Part shown: piece by piece, positions 22,991 to 35,779 of the stretch
How the letters are laid out: every line of letters begins with the position of its first letter
Numbering within the stretch: the first letter of the stretch is position 1
Origin: Podarcis tiliguerta
Taxonomy: Eukaryota
Assembly: GCA_965153285.1 (NCBI GenBank)
Contig: OZ229112.1
Reading direction: 5' to 3' (one strand)
DNA length: 64,000 nt
Program-made: the position numbers and the translations under genes
The notes under the pieces: generated by a model
Seen by the model: only the letters and a program-made list of their open reading frames with translations
Told to the model about the DNA's origin: nothing
Database searches by the model: none

Positions 22991-23283
22991 CAGGCCTAGC
23001 CCACATGAGGCAAGCTGAGGTAGTTACCTCAGGCGGTGGAACTGCAAGAGGTGGTACCTGCCGCCTCTGCTGTTGACAGGAAAGTGGTGGCGGCAGTGGC
23101 GACAGTGGCTTCCGACGATATTGCACAAGATCTCACCAAAATCTTGTGAGATATTGCTGGGGCCCGCCATTGTCATTGCTGCTTTGCAGGCGCTGACGAA
23201 CAACTCATGTGAGGGACGCTGTGGCAGTAAGAGAGCACCTTCTTGTTTCGCCTCAGGAGGCAAAACGGGATGCGCTGCCCCTG
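22991..23283 (+). mobile_element. hAT non-autonomous element
   Basis: CAGG..CCTG ends; 8-bp TSD CAAGCACC / CAAGTACC. Confidence 0.7.
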
Positions 23284-24049
23284 CAAGTACCCAATCTGCC
23301 CCCAATTCCCATGGCTAAATAATATCCTCTAGAGTGGAAGGGATATCTCTTAAATATTCTGGTGTATTTTCTTATTTCCCTAAACGGAAAGCAAAAATGA
23401 AAGGGCAGTTCTGGGGGAAAGCGATGCTTGAAATTCTTGTGAACGACACAAGGCAAATTCTCTGAGGAATATTTACAGGCTATTAAAAAAGAAGAGGAAA
23501 ATGCCACATCTCTCCATAAAGCTCAGAAGCTCATTGCTTTTGTCTCCTTATTAGTGTAAGCCATAACTACTGCAGTCAATTATCACATTAACATTTCGGT
23601 TAGCAAAAGAGACAAACAAATTGCCCTTCTGCCAATTCCAATCATTATGTTTCCTTTGTACACAAGACAGTTTTGGGAAGTCGCAAAAAAGCAAAGCTTG
23701 TGTAGTTACTTCATGCACAATAAAAATAAATATTCCATGGTGTATTTCCATTCCCTCAGAAGGCACACCATTGGAAACATCTGCTTGCTTTTGTTCTGTT
23801 TCAAGCAAAAAACTCAGCATATGAAAAGAAGGGGAGGCTTCACTAGTACCCTAGACAGCAACGTACAGACTAGCACTTCCATAAGAAGAGCACTCAAATG
23901 TTGTTTCAGCAACAGTCAGCTTCAGACAAGAGCTGCAGCTGTATCTCAGCAGCTGGCTCCACTTTCTGGGAGAGATTCTTCTTCATTTCAAGGGACCCAG
24001 CCTGCCTAGGCAATCATTGATTTGGGGGTTGGGGAGAAGACTTTCCCCC

Positions 24050-24347
24050 CACTAGGGCTCCTAAATAGCTTCAGCCCTGTATATCTCCACCCCCATGGTT
24101 CAGCCTGGACACTGAGGTCCAGCTCCGAGAGCCTTCTGGTGGTTCCTTCACTGCAAGAAGTGAGGTTATAGGGAAACGGGCAGAGGGCCTTTTCAGTAGT
24201 GGCACCCACCCTGTGGAACACCTGTCAGATGTCAAATAGATAACCAATTATACGACCTTCCAAAGACAAGTGGGCTTTTTATATTCTTTTGGAAGCTGCC
24301 AAGAGTGGCTGGGGCAGCCCAATCAGATGGGCAGGTACAAGTAATAA

Positions 24348-24379
<32 letters not shown>
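24050..24379 (+). mobile_element. L2-clade LINE 3' fragment
   Basis: Decayed ORF2 end LRSSSESLLVVP..QRAFSVVAPTLWN; 3' tail GCTGCCAAGAGTGGCTGGGG..(ATT)n. Confidence 0.8.
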
Positions 24380-24380
<1 letters not shown>

Positions 24381-24578
24381 CCTGCCTGTTTGCTTCTGCA
24401 AGCTTGTTTAATCAGCTGCAAGCTTGGATTAATCAGAATGCTCAGAATGCCACAAAATGATGTCAAGTGCCCAAGCCACTGTCCTATGCTAAGGCTTACC
24501 CATTTGAAGCCATCAATTTTTTTCCTGATTCTGATTCCTTCCTTCCCATTTGCTAACATTCCTATACAAAGTAGGCAC

Positions 24579-24580
<2 letters not shown>

Positions 24581-24622
<42 letters not shown>
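24581..24622. repeat. (GT)n microsatellite
   Basis: About 21 GT units. Confidence 0.95.
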
Positions 24623-24625
<3 letters not shown>

Positions 24626-25709
24626 ACAAAACCACTCTCTCCCTGGTGCCTCTCATGTTATCCCTAAAATCTTTCACAGTCTGCTATCTTTTCCTTCTTC
24701 CTCCTTGTCTGCTCTTCTCCATCAACACAAAGGAACTTTAAATCAGCTGTCTAGCTGCAGGGGAACGGGCATCTTCCCACCCCCCCTTTTTTATTCACTT
24801 CTGCAGAAATGTTACGCTATAAATCACAATCAGGCCTGAGCCAAGCTGAAAGATAAAACAGTCAGAACACACATGCACACCCAAGCTACATTACAAGGTA
24901 TCTTCTAAATTAACCTCTGTGATGAAAGCTGCACCATTAGCACGTCTGAGAAAAAGAAAATGTTCACGGACAGCTTAGCATCATTAGGGAAAAGGCAAAT
25001 GCACTCAAGGTCCATAGGCATGGAGGGATATAAGTGGGAGCTGCAGGTGTAGACAATTAATTGCTAGCTCTTGCAGATAGCACCGTTCAGAAGAGGCTAT
25101 GAATACACTCACCACTAAACCCTATGGATAATAAACTCAGCATTCTGACAGCTGAAAGCCGCTGAAACAAACTGCAGCATTTGGCTGCTAATTTGTAGAA
25201 ATTACAAGACTGCACAGAGTTGTACAGCCAGTTCTGTGAGCTCCTCTGCTTCTGCTGTCTCAACAGTGAGCAGGAATGCTACCTAACATTTAGAATTGTT
25301 GAATAACCATTAGATAATGAAGGTGCTCTGAACGTTGGAAAGGGCTATGCAAGTGGTAAGTACTATTGCGATTGCCTTGAAGATGCACAGAAATGAAGGC
25401 ATACATTCAGAAAGGACTGCAAGGTGATGAGGATGATACGGCCATTCAAGGTCAATGTAAAACGGCACCAAACCCTACATGCAAGTATCACAATATGCAT
25501 AAAGTAATTAAGGCAGTGATCCTAAGTCCTCTTGATGTTAGTTGTTGGAGGGGACTGGGATATGGCAGAGGTGCTTGTTCACCAACCTGCATAGGCTCAC
25601 TGCATTTGGTGGGCGGAAAGCTACCACTTGTTTTGCTCCTGCCAGAGATGATAGGACAAAATTGGAGGAAAGAAAGGATATGTAGGTAGAAAATAAATAA
25701 ATAAATTAT

Positions 25710-25980
25710 TGGGAAAGGGCCTTTTTGGTGGTGGCTCCCTGGCTGTGTAATGCACGCTCCAGAGAGATTTGCTTGAAGTCTATTTTGTGGTAGTTTCAAT
25801 ACCGAGTAAATAACTTTATAAAATTTTCTTAAGCCTTTAGATTTCTGATTCTTTAAATATGTTTATTTATTGGTGGCGTTGAGATGATTTATTTATTTGG
25901 TTGTGCTGCCTTCCCCCCTTTAGAATTTATTGTTTACAGTTGTGTTTTTAATTATTTTTGCAAACACACCAGAGAACAAG
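25710..25980 (+). mobile_element. old L2-like remnant
   Basis: AGGGCCTTTTTGGTGGTGGCTCCCTGGCTGTG (RAFxVxAPxL motif) followed by a T-rich UTR. Confidence 0.5.
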
Positions 25981-27913
25981 GAATACCACCCCATATGTAC
26001 CACAAAGCAAAAACCTGTGTCTTGGGTGCGGGTTTCTAGAGGCTAAAGCAACTACAATCCGTAATAATAGTGGAGACGTGAGTGACTTGGTGTACTGTGT
26101 CTCAAATGCTTTCGTTGCTCGGTGAATTTTTCATCTCCTATGGCGAATATTATGGCCTTGTCATGTCTGATGCGTTTTGCTGGAGCTTTAAAGATCATTT
26201 GGCACATGGTATCAATCTTAAGCCGAAAAAGAAGAAAAAGGAAATGTGTGAAATTTTCTTTCATTAAAGGTGACTCATAGCTCCATTGTTTTTAATTAAA
26301 AGCCTATACTACTTAGCACTTCCTTAGGGGTAGTGAAATGGTTTTTGTTCCACACAGGAGTCTATTCACACACGCCTTCCTACACACTGAAACAGGAGGT
26401 CTCTACTTATCCTAAAAGCTAGCAAAAGATCATTGGTTTCTCTGCATTGTTTCTGGGCTGGAGACCGTTCCTTTGGGGGCTTTGCACATTTCTCTGAAGC
26501 CCACACACCCTGCCAACCCACACAGGAGCCCTTGCTGTTATCTTGCAGGAAAATAGCTTTAAAAATTGCACACCCCTCCTAGGCTTACTGCAATGGTGCC
26601 AGGGGCAGCTATCAATCTCCTCACCAGTTATGTCCAAATATGGGAAACACCAGGCACTCTTAACATTCGGCAGATAAAAGCAGGCGTGTTTGTTTTATAT
26701 TATGTGCAAGAGCAATTCCTCTTTATATGGCAAGGGGCAAGAGGTCTGCTAAGCTGCTTCCAAGTGACCTGCAAAGTGACCAGGGCCAGTTTGATAGAGG
26801 ACAGTCCTACAGCCCTTTGGCAGAGCACATTCTCTGAATGTATGCACAAGGTCCCATGTTGAGTGGCTGGCAGAAGCAGGGTGAAGGATCTGAAGAAGCA
26901 GGGTGTAAAAGTCTGCTTGCCCGAAAAGACCAGGGGCGAGCAACCTGTAGCCTCTAACTCCCATCATCCCCAGCCAGCATACCCAAGAATCAGGGATGAT
27001 GGGAACAAGACTCTAGATGGAGCAGCACTCCACCTCTCTATAGGTCATTCCTAGCTGTACAGTTGTGCCAGCACTACAGCCAGCAGCCAAACACCAACCT
27101 TTGGAATAATAAGGCTCAGCATATGCTAACAAGATAGCAAGATTCAGTGTCAAAGCAGGAAGGGTGGGTATTCCATCAGGCAAACAAGTTCATTTAGAAC
27201 CTCCCAAACATTAGGTATACTTTATTTTAGCTGCACTTTCAGAGGCCTGAGCCGTTCATCTTCCTTGACACGGCGAAGTTCAACATGACAACAATGTAAC
27301 AAAGGTCAATCAATCTTTGCAAAGATCGCAATTATTACCTCCAGATAGTAAAGGCAAGCGCTTATTTAAGAAGATGAAACGCGGCACCTGCTGCTGCTGC
27401 TCAGGCAGGATGCTTCAACAGTTTGTTATCTTTCTTTGCTATGGAATCCCGGCTACTTGCCATTAATAATTCTAACAATATTGGCAGGAGCGTGGCTGAG
27501 GGGGGGAAATATAATATTTGAATTTGGGCTTGCTGTGAAGATGAATGGCCCTTTGGTGCTGGGAAAGAAGAGAAGGCTGGGGTGTCCACTGGTGCCAGGA
27601 AACGGGGGATCAGAGCATCTTGCAGCTCAAACACTGAATGAAAGGGGTGACTTGAGATCGAAAAACTCAATAATAATAATTTCTATTTGTAGGGTATGTG
27701 TTCTTTCCTAACTGCTCAGAGCATTTCCCTTGCAACAGTTCTGTAAAGTGGGTCCATTTTCAGCCTAAGGAATGCAGGGCAATGTTCTCCCCTTGCCTTT
27801 CAATCCTCACAACAACCCAGTGAGCCATGCGCTCACTATAACACTCTGTCTTTCAAGGCAGATGAAGCTGGGTGAATAGTGAGTTGCCCTGTGGCTGCTT
27901 AATGAGTTCACAG

Positions 27914-28200
27914 AGTGGGGAGCCATTGCTCCCTCCCGCAAATATTGCTGGATAACATCCACCACCACCACAACAACAACTGATAACTGGCCAAACTGAC
28001 TGGGGCTGATGGGAATTGGAGTCCAACAACATCTAGAGCCATGTTTCCCAAGCTTGGGTATCCAGTTGTTTTTGGACTACAACTCCCATCACCCCGGAGC
28101 ACTGGTCCTGCTAGCTAGGGATGATGGGAGTTGCAGCCCAAAAACAGCTGGAGACCCAAGGTTGGGAAACACAGCTCTAGAGGACTGAAGGCTCCCCGCC
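27914..28200. mobile_element. older hAT hairpin MITE hosting a younger MITE
   Basis: GTGGGGAGCC..GGCTCCCCGC ends; right arm interrupted at ATCTAGAG. Confidence 0.55.
28039..28174. mobile_element. hAT hairpin MITE (same family as 14997 and 63244)
   Basis: TGTTTCCCAAGCTTGGGT / ACCCAAGGTTGGGAAACA; TSD ATCTAGAG / CTCTAGAG. Confidence 0.85.
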
Positions 28201-29984
28201 TCCATCATAGAGGATATGAATTTGAAGCAGGGCCTTTTGCTCCTCAAATCTCAGCTCCTCTGCTGGCAAGAAATGCAATACCTGCTCTTATTAAAATGTG
28301 TCCGCTCAGTGCCATCATGGAACTGAATAACAAACAAACGGCCTCATTAGAAACGTATTATGATAAGTGCTGGAGCACCTGCCAGCACTCCCAGCATGGA
28401 TCTGAGCTTTCAGCCTGTTGACCTAACAAACCAAGCTTGTGATGTTGCCGTGGCTCCTTCATTCAGAGGCGCATGAGCCGATGCAGAGAGGCTAGCAACA
28501 GATGCTCCCGTGCCGTTCCATGCATATGTGCGTGTGCGTGGAGCACATGAGTAATGTGTGCTGATGCAATCACAGTGTAGACACAGTGTAGCTGCCCTTC
28601 ACAGAAAACATATCATTTCCCTCGGGGAGCGGGACTTGAAATCTTGAATGAAAACAGAGAGCTAACCCACAGGCCGCTGTCAGATGAGATGACAGAAGTC
28701 TGCGCATGAAAAATGACATTGTTACGAGGGGCTTCCAGGGAGCAACTTCTAGAGGACTTCCAGCAAAATGGCTGCCTTTAAGGGAGGTGGAAAAAGGGGG
28801 CGAGAACTGACCCAGCTATCACATTAAAAATATTTTACATCCAAAGCGTATGGTGAGGAAGACACCAAGAAGCTTGCCTCTGCCACTGATTAATTCCACG
28901 GGGCACTGACTGCAGCAAAGTTTTGACAATGCCGCCAGTTTTTATTTCTGCATTTGGAGAGGGCTTGCGCTGGGGCTATTCTTGGTCACAGAGGAACATT
29001 TGTGCTTCAAAGGAACAAGAAAGGGTGATTTGTTTATCCTACTGCAGTTTTGTCTCTGAAGTGTAAATGTATGTCAGAGTGCTGGACTGTGAGAGCACTG
29101 GAGGCAAAAAGGAAAGAGGCACATTTTCCTAGCAAGGCGGGGGGAAAAAGTAAAATCACCTGGGAGAGAAGGCTGCCCCTGGGACCTGGCTTTACTGGTA
29201 AAAGGCCTGGGCACCAGCATTCTCAGTGAGAAGGAAAACTGTTCTGTTGTTTTCTCTACTGAGTACAAAAGCTGAGTTGTTTTTTACTTCAAGGACTAGT
29301 TGGAAATAGATCAGACCTCTGCAAGTATCACGGAGGTATTAAATACAGTGCATTTCCCCAGGAAAGGCTACAAAGACTGTGAGATGAGTACAGCACTCAC
29401 GTTTGTTCACAGACACATGGTTAAATATAAGCTATCCGTGTACTGCTTAGAAAACTGCTCTAGGGGCTATAATGTGGCAATATATTTCGAAGGACAGATC
29501 TAGACAATAGGTTTGAAGGTGCAGATACCACCAAGGGCAGCTGGCCTCACATCTCTTCCTCCCTTCTCTCCTGGCAACATCCACACAATGAAAATAGAGA
29601 TGCCGTATCAGTGCATCAATTGCTCCTGAAAGTGGAGGCGAATGGAGTGGGAGAATCTCAATGCAATGACGCTGTATCATGATTTCTTCTTCTCCTATTT
29701 AACATTACTGGGGAGGGAATATTATGGGGCTGCTTGTATGTTTTCCTTCATGGGCAAATTGGCAGCTTGCGGTGGCATTTAGACTGGCAAAATGCCCCAA
29801 TCTGGTTTGCTTTCTCCTCTACACAGTTACTTTTAACTGACCTCCTTCTGCTCTGTCTAGTTTGTTCCAAGAGACAACATCCTACATTTTGCATGAAATT
29901 GCCCTTTCTTCAGTGCTGCTCTGTTGTAGGCATCAACTGAAGGCTAAACTAGAGGAGACGATAAAAGTGTCTTCATCACTAAGA

Positions 29985-30130
29985 TATTCTGTTTTTTTTT
30001 AATTGTTTGATGTTCTATTATGTTTTTATGTATGATGTAAGCTGCCCAGAGTGGCTGGGTAAACCCAGCCAGATGAACGGGATATAAATAAAACATCATC
30101 ATCATCATTATTATTCATCATTATTATTAT
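29985..30130 (+). mobile_element. L2-like LINE 3' tail
   Basis: TGTAAGCTGCCCAGAGTGGCTGGG..CCCAGCCAGATG..GGGATATAAATAAA plus (ATC/ATT)n; same tail as near 24295 and 34050. Confidence 0.75.
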
Positions 30131-32085
30131 ATACAGGTGGTTTTTAAAAATGCAAATAGCATCAGCTGTGGAGATGACAATTAGCCGGACAATTAGCAGG
30201 TGTCCTGTGGAAAGCCCGTCCTCTGAAGGTGCTATTGGCATTGGAACAAAGCCTTCATTGGCACCAAACATTTGGTTTCATTCCCCAGCTAATGTTCCTT
30301 GCATTTAAAACAACCCCCTAATCTCTCCAAAAAAGTGTGGGGTGGGGGAGCCTGTCCCAATCTAGTGCCCTCCAGTGGACTGTGTTGACTGGGACTGATG
30401 AGAATTCTCTAGATGGTGTTCAACTGTGTTGGCTGGGGCTTGTGGGAATTGGAGTCCAAAACATCTGGAAGGCACCAGCTTGGGGAATGTTGCTCTAAGA
30501 CCACTCAGTCCCATTGTTACACACCAAGCATACTTGAGTAACTTTACTCATACATCTTTACATACATTCCACTGTGGTAAATGGCGCTTACTCCCAGGAA
30601 AGTGTGTTTGGGACTGCAGCTGATCACCCAGGGAGGTGTTCCAGGCCGGTCTACAATTCCGAGATTCTGCTTCTCTGGACGTTCACCACAAACCTGAGCA
30701 TCTTTTGGATGCAAGGCGAAGATTTCCTATGTAGTCTGTCACTGTCTGGGGCTTAAATGGCTGGGTTCATTTACACAAATTATTTCTCAAGGCAGTAGTA
30801 ATTAATACCTTGCTGAGATATTTTCCAGCTCTGCTCTGGATGGATAAGAATTACACCTGGGTTTTGTGCAGCCTCTGGCGTGTGTTTATTCTGCATCAAG
30901 GAATGGAAAAAATACTAGAAAGTTTCTTGAAATGAGAACATTTGTCTCCTAGATGTATCATGGAATAAACTCTGGGCAAAGGACCAAGGTAAGTAATTAG
31001 TCTGGCTGCCTTCCATGTTTAAGATACTTGTCCTAGGCCACAGATTGTCCCCCTCCCTCCACTCTTTTTCTTTTTTTGAGAGATGAATTTCAAGAAGTAT
31101 TTTCTAGACTACCATTCACCCTCTTGAACTATGTTGCGCATGGCTTAGTAACAATGTTCACATTGTCTCTTTACTAATTCTGGAATACAAGATAGCAATT
31201 TTTTTAGAAGCTTACTTTTTTCCTGCCTTTCCACCAAATGGTGCCCAAGGAGATTCCAGGTGATCAATTGCAAGAGGAGCCTTAAAAATTGTGTCTGGGA
31301 ATTAGCACACATGCAGCTGCAGAGGGCAGTAAGTGGTATTCCCCGTTCGCATGCTCCTGCACTCAGAACTTTGTTGCATCCTTTTCTTTCATTCTTCTTT
31401 CCCCACACAAATCCTGCTCCTTTGCCCTTGTCATCAAGGATCCAGTGCTGGTTCCAGGTTCTAAGGGGTCCAGGGCGTTGCTAGATACTTAAAATAACTG
31501 AGGCCTAGACCCACAGAAACAAACATGCATAAGATTTAGATTTGTTAATTTATACACATAGATGCAAACTTAGAATCCTAACTGCACAGAAGATAAGCCA
31601 ATTAATTTCCCATCCAAATCACCCCGGATAAGTTGCATAATTAATTTGCACCCTACCCCAGATCAGTTCCTCTTAAATTTACCCACAATTAATTCCCTAA
31701 CAGATCCTGCTTCAAATCAGCTTAATTCCCCTTCATTTCCCTCCTTCATTAATGGCAAGATCATCCCTAAGTAGTCATTTTAAATTAATTTATTTCCACC
31801 CCGCTCTTAATTTCCTACCCAGTAAACCAGGTTGCCCCAATTCAATTTCCCCCAGAATTCATTACCCACACAGAAAACTCAAAGCACCAAAAATGGGGGG
31901 CCCCAATGAGAAGTGTTTTCTGCTTGACATAGTGGCTGAAGATGCCTGCGCATTTCTTCTACCTTTGAAGGAACCGCCTAATACCAGATCTATCAATCCC
32001 AGTGTTGTCTCTGTCTGGCAGCAGTTCTTTGGGCTCATGGGCAGAGGTTTTTCACATCCCCTGTTACTTTATCATTTGCTATCTG

Positions 32086-32155
32086 GAGAATCTGGGTTTT
32101 GAACCTGAGACCTTTCACATGAAAAGTTAGAGCTCTACCCATTGAGCTATGGGCC
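32086..32155 (-). mobile_element. tRNA-Ala-like SINE head
   Basis: Reverse complement GGGCCCATAGCTCAATGGGTAGAGC..TCATGTGAAAGGTCTCAGGTTCAAAACCC. Confidence 0.65.
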
Positions 32156-32281
32156 CACCCAGGGAACTCTTGAGGTCTATGGTCATGCCAACTGAGTGAA
32201 GTCCCAGCAGGTGGCTGTTTCAAACCTCAAAGCCCCTGTTAGGAGGCATCTATGTTTTACGGTATAATATAAGCTAGGACA

Positions 32282-32308
32282 TGTGTGTGTGTGTGTGTGT
32301 GTGTGTGT
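32282..32308. repeat. (GT)n microsatellite
   Basis: Direct observation. Confidence 0.9.
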
Positions 32309-32724
32309 TTAAGAAGTTGTCAGGAGATACAGATGCAGAGAGGAATTAATTGAATTTTGTGCCTCCAGGCTCAGCTAAAGAGCAAGCATGAGTGCAAACA
32401 CAGTTTCAACTCTGACCCTATCACAGAAAGGCCCAGAGTTCGTTGGCTGAAGACAATTTCTTGGCTGAATGCATTCAGAAACTCCCCTCAGACTTCCCCA
32501 CTCAACGCAGAAAGGTCAGGGTGGAGCAGACAGGGACACAGCGGGTGAAGCAGTACAGGCACTCCAGTCTCCCTAGTTGTGTTGCAATTCCCTGTTCGGG
32601 CATAACACCTGAACAAGGGGTAGCAGCGGAACTCCCCCACCCACCATTTGATTGTTATTGTCATCATCATGAACATAAGAGTGTTAAAGGTAGACATAAG
32701 AAGTGAATGATTTCTTTTGAAATG

Positions 32725-32966
32725 CAGTGGTACCTCGGGTTACATACGCTTCAGGTTACATACGCTTCAGGTTACAGACTCCGCTAACCCAGAAATAGTA
32801 CCTCGGGTTAAGAACTTTGCTTCAGGATGAGAACAGAAATCATGCTCCGGCGAAGCAGCAGCAGCAGGAGACCCCATTAGCTAAAGCGGTGCTTCAGGTT
32901 AAGAACAGTTTCAGGTTAAGAACAGACCTCCAGAACGAATTAAGTTTTTGACCCGAGGTACCACTG
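32725..32966 (+). mobile_element. Tc1/mariner MITE family A
   Basis: CAGTGGTACCTCGGGT..ACCCGAGGTACCACTG|TA; left TA reads TG. Confidence 0.9.
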
Positions 32967-33742
32967 TAATTACATATTTGATCCCTACAGAACTGGAGAG
33001 AGAAATCTCTTAAGATGAAATAAGGGTTGAATAAAACTCATCCCCCCCCTAAGATATCAGCAGGAGCTAATGGCGACTGGCTGCGCTTTGATCCGAAGGC
33101 AGAAGCAGAACTGCATGATGGGAGCCCTGCCTCCTCAAAGGTTGCTGCCTACCTTAGATCAAGGGGCAGAGCCATCAACACATCCTGCCTACCTGGAGCT
33201 GGGAATAGGAAAACAACCCCTAGGAGAACCTAAAAACATCTAAGTGCATTTCCTGCTGTTGGACCCTCTCTAACAGAGATGAAGACCCGAACCATTAAAA
33301 GACAAGATACGAAAGACCACATTTCAACCCCACTGCTTTGACTCTACAAAGCTGTCCATGACACCCTCAACCCAAACCGTCCAAAACTGTCACAAATGAA
33401 AATAGGGACGCTTTTCACAGAACACTATTCATGCCATACACTAGTGTACCCCACTACTGGTATATTTTATTCTTCTCATTTACTCAATGCCTTTTTTTTT
33501 TTTAAAAAAAAGGTTCAACAACATCAAACCTAATATAAACAACAACAAAATAATATGTGCATGAAAAAGAATGACAGAAAAAATTCGGTGCCAACAGCTT
33601 AACAACAGAGATATTGCAAAGGCCGCTCAGCTAAAAATAACCTGCAGAGGAGTTGAAACAATTAAAAATCTAGAGCAGTGGTTCCCAATTAGCTAAGTAC
33701 TACGGAGCCCCCGTTTTTCAAAAGTCAAGCCAAGGGTTAGAT

Positions 33743-33878
33743 CAGGCTTCCCCAACCACGGCCCTCCAGATGTTTTTCGCCTACAACTCCCATGATCCCT
33801 AGCTACCAGGACCAGTGGTCAGGGATTATGGGAATTGTAGTCTCAAAACATCTGGAGGGCCGAGGTTGAGGAAGCCTG
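33743..33878. mobile_element. hAT hairpin MITE with perfect TSD
   Basis: CAGGCTTCC..GGAAGCCTG TIR; 8-bp TSD GGTTAGAT on both sides. Confidence 0.92.
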
Positions 33879-34015
33879 GGTTAGATGAACCAATAGCCTG
33901 AGTAAGTGTAAGGCAGATTCTTATGACTATTAATCTTTATATTTCAATAAAAATAATTTAAAATGCTCGATCTCACAGTGGGTCTAGCTGTGCATATAAT
34001 AGAATGGCTGCATTT

Positions 34016-34250
34016 TTAAAATATACTAATACTAATAATATTTATACCCTTCCCATCTAAGCTGGGCTTCCCCAGCCACTCTGGGCAGCTTATAGTACAT
34101 ATAAAACATATCAAAACATTAAAAACATCCCAATACAGGGCTGCCTTCAGATGTCTTCTAAAAGTCTGGTAGTTGTTCATTTCCTTTACATCCGAAGGGA
34201 GGGCGTTCCACAGGAAGGGTGCCACTACTGAGAAGGCTCTCTGTCTAGTC
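34016..34250 (-). mobile_element. L2-clade LINE 3' fragment
   Basis: ORF track RQRAFSVVAPFLWNALPSDVKEMNNYQTFRRHLKAALY, a typical L2 ORF2 C-terminus, plus 3' tail. Confidence 0.85.
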
Positions 34251-34365
34251 AGCAACATTTATTATGTGGATATTTATTTTATTTATTTAACAGAATTTAT
34301 ACACTGCTTGATTTCAAGAAAAACCCTCAAAGCAGTTTACAAAAAGGTACCTTCCATCTCTTCAT

Positions 34366-34785
34366 AAGAGATGGTCAAAGGCCTGGAAACGATGCCTTAT
34401 GAGGAACGGCTAAGGGAGCTGGGCATGTTTAGCCTGGAGGTTAAGGGGTGATATGATAGCCATGTTCAAATATATAAAAGGATGTCACATAGAGGAGGGA
34501 GAAAGGTTGTTTTCTGCTGCTCTAGAGAAGCAGAAACGAAGTATTGGATCCAAACTACAAGAAAGAAGATTCCACCTAAACATTAGGAAGAACTTCCTGA
34601 CAGTAGGAGCTGTTCGACAGTGGAATTTGCTGCCAAGGAGTGTGGTGGAGTCTCCTTCTTTGGAGGTCTTTAAGCAGAGGCTTGACAACCATATGTCAGG
34701 AGTGCTCTGATGGTGTTTCCTGCTTGGCAAGGGGTTGGACTCGATGGCCCTTGTGGTCTCTTCCAACTCTGTGATTCTATGATTC
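34366..34785 (+). mobile_element. CR1 LINE 3' fragment, young subfamily
   Basis: MVKGLETMPYEERLRELGMFSLE / RGDMIAMFKYIKG..LEVFKQRLDNHMSGVL*; ATTCTATG tail; possible TSD TCTTCA. Confidence 0.93.
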
Positions 34786-35530
34786 TTCAGATTTTTAAGC
34801 TCTAGAGCAGCTGTCGCGAATCTGGAACTATGTAGATGTTTTGGATTACCACTCACAAAGGCCATCCTTGGCCATCAGCTACTTCCTGTTTGGCAGGAAG
34901 TTGCGCCCATCCTATACTGGTTGATGCGAGTTGTAGTCCAAAACATTTCTAGGGCACCACGTGGGGGAAGAGTTCCCTGCTGAGTCTCTGGTGCAGCTAA
35001 AACCTCGAGAATGGCTGCTCTACTAAATACTCTAACAATATTTTTAAAAGCTATCTGCCAAACCTCTGCAAAAGGTAAGACAGAAACAAAATTGGAACAA
35101 GTACCGGGAAACAAGGACTGGTCCTGAAAATTAAGGATGAGTTGGAGCACACGGCAGTCATTTAATAAGCTATAAGGAGGCAGACATGGACAAGGGTTGC
35201 TGATTAAGAAGAAGAAGAACAGAGTGGCTGTACAGAGTAAGCAGAACCCATAATCAGTGAGCTAAACATAGCCAAATATGCCAAGGACATTTGGTGCATC
35301 AGAGCATTCATTACGTTCAGCTTTTACAGTAGCTGGTTTCTTTCTCTTCTTTCTTCAAAGGCACAAAGAAGTCAGTCAGCATCTTTTCCATGATCAGCTA
35401 CTGTCAATAGCAAGCATGAGCAAGAAGACAAAAAGGGGGTCTATGAAGACTGAAAGCCAGTTAAAATATTTGCAACGAAACCTTGGTTCAGGTGACAGTA
35501 ACATTTAATTGTTGGGCTAGCTCTCTCTCT

Positions 35531-35536
<6 letters not shown>

Positions 35537-35566
<30 letters not shown>
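35537..35566. repeat. (GT)n microsatellite
   Basis: Direct observation. Confidence 0.9.
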
Positions 35567-35569
<3 letters not shown>

Positions 35570-35589
35570 TGTGTACCTGTGTATGAAAA

Positions 35590-35779
35590 GAAACCATAGC
35601 TCAATGGCAGAGCATCTTCCTTGCATGTAAAAGGTTCCAGGTTCAATCCCAGGTGTCTCCACATAGCAAAAGTCCCCCATCTGATATCATGGAGAGTCAC
35701 TGCCGGTTAGTGTGTACAATACTGAGCTAGATGGACCAGTGGTCCGACTCATTATAAGGCAGCTTCCTATGTTGCTATG
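35590..35779 (+). mobile_element. tRNA-Ala-like SINE, about 190 bp, full length (Squam2-like, unverified)
   Basis: ATAGCTCAATGGCAGAGC A-box, GGTTCAATCCC B-box, tail ACTGAGCTAGATGGACCA..TAAGGCAGCTTCCTATG. Confidence 0.8.

Noticed and set aside
23017-23032. TGAGGTAG let-7-like seed (also TGAGGTAGG at about 41746)
   Set aside because: The rest of mature let-7 and its hairpin are absent; the first lies inside a hAT element
34453-34710. 85-aa ORF as a host gene
   Set aside because: It is the C-terminus of CR1 ORF2 in a 5'-truncated, frameshifted copy
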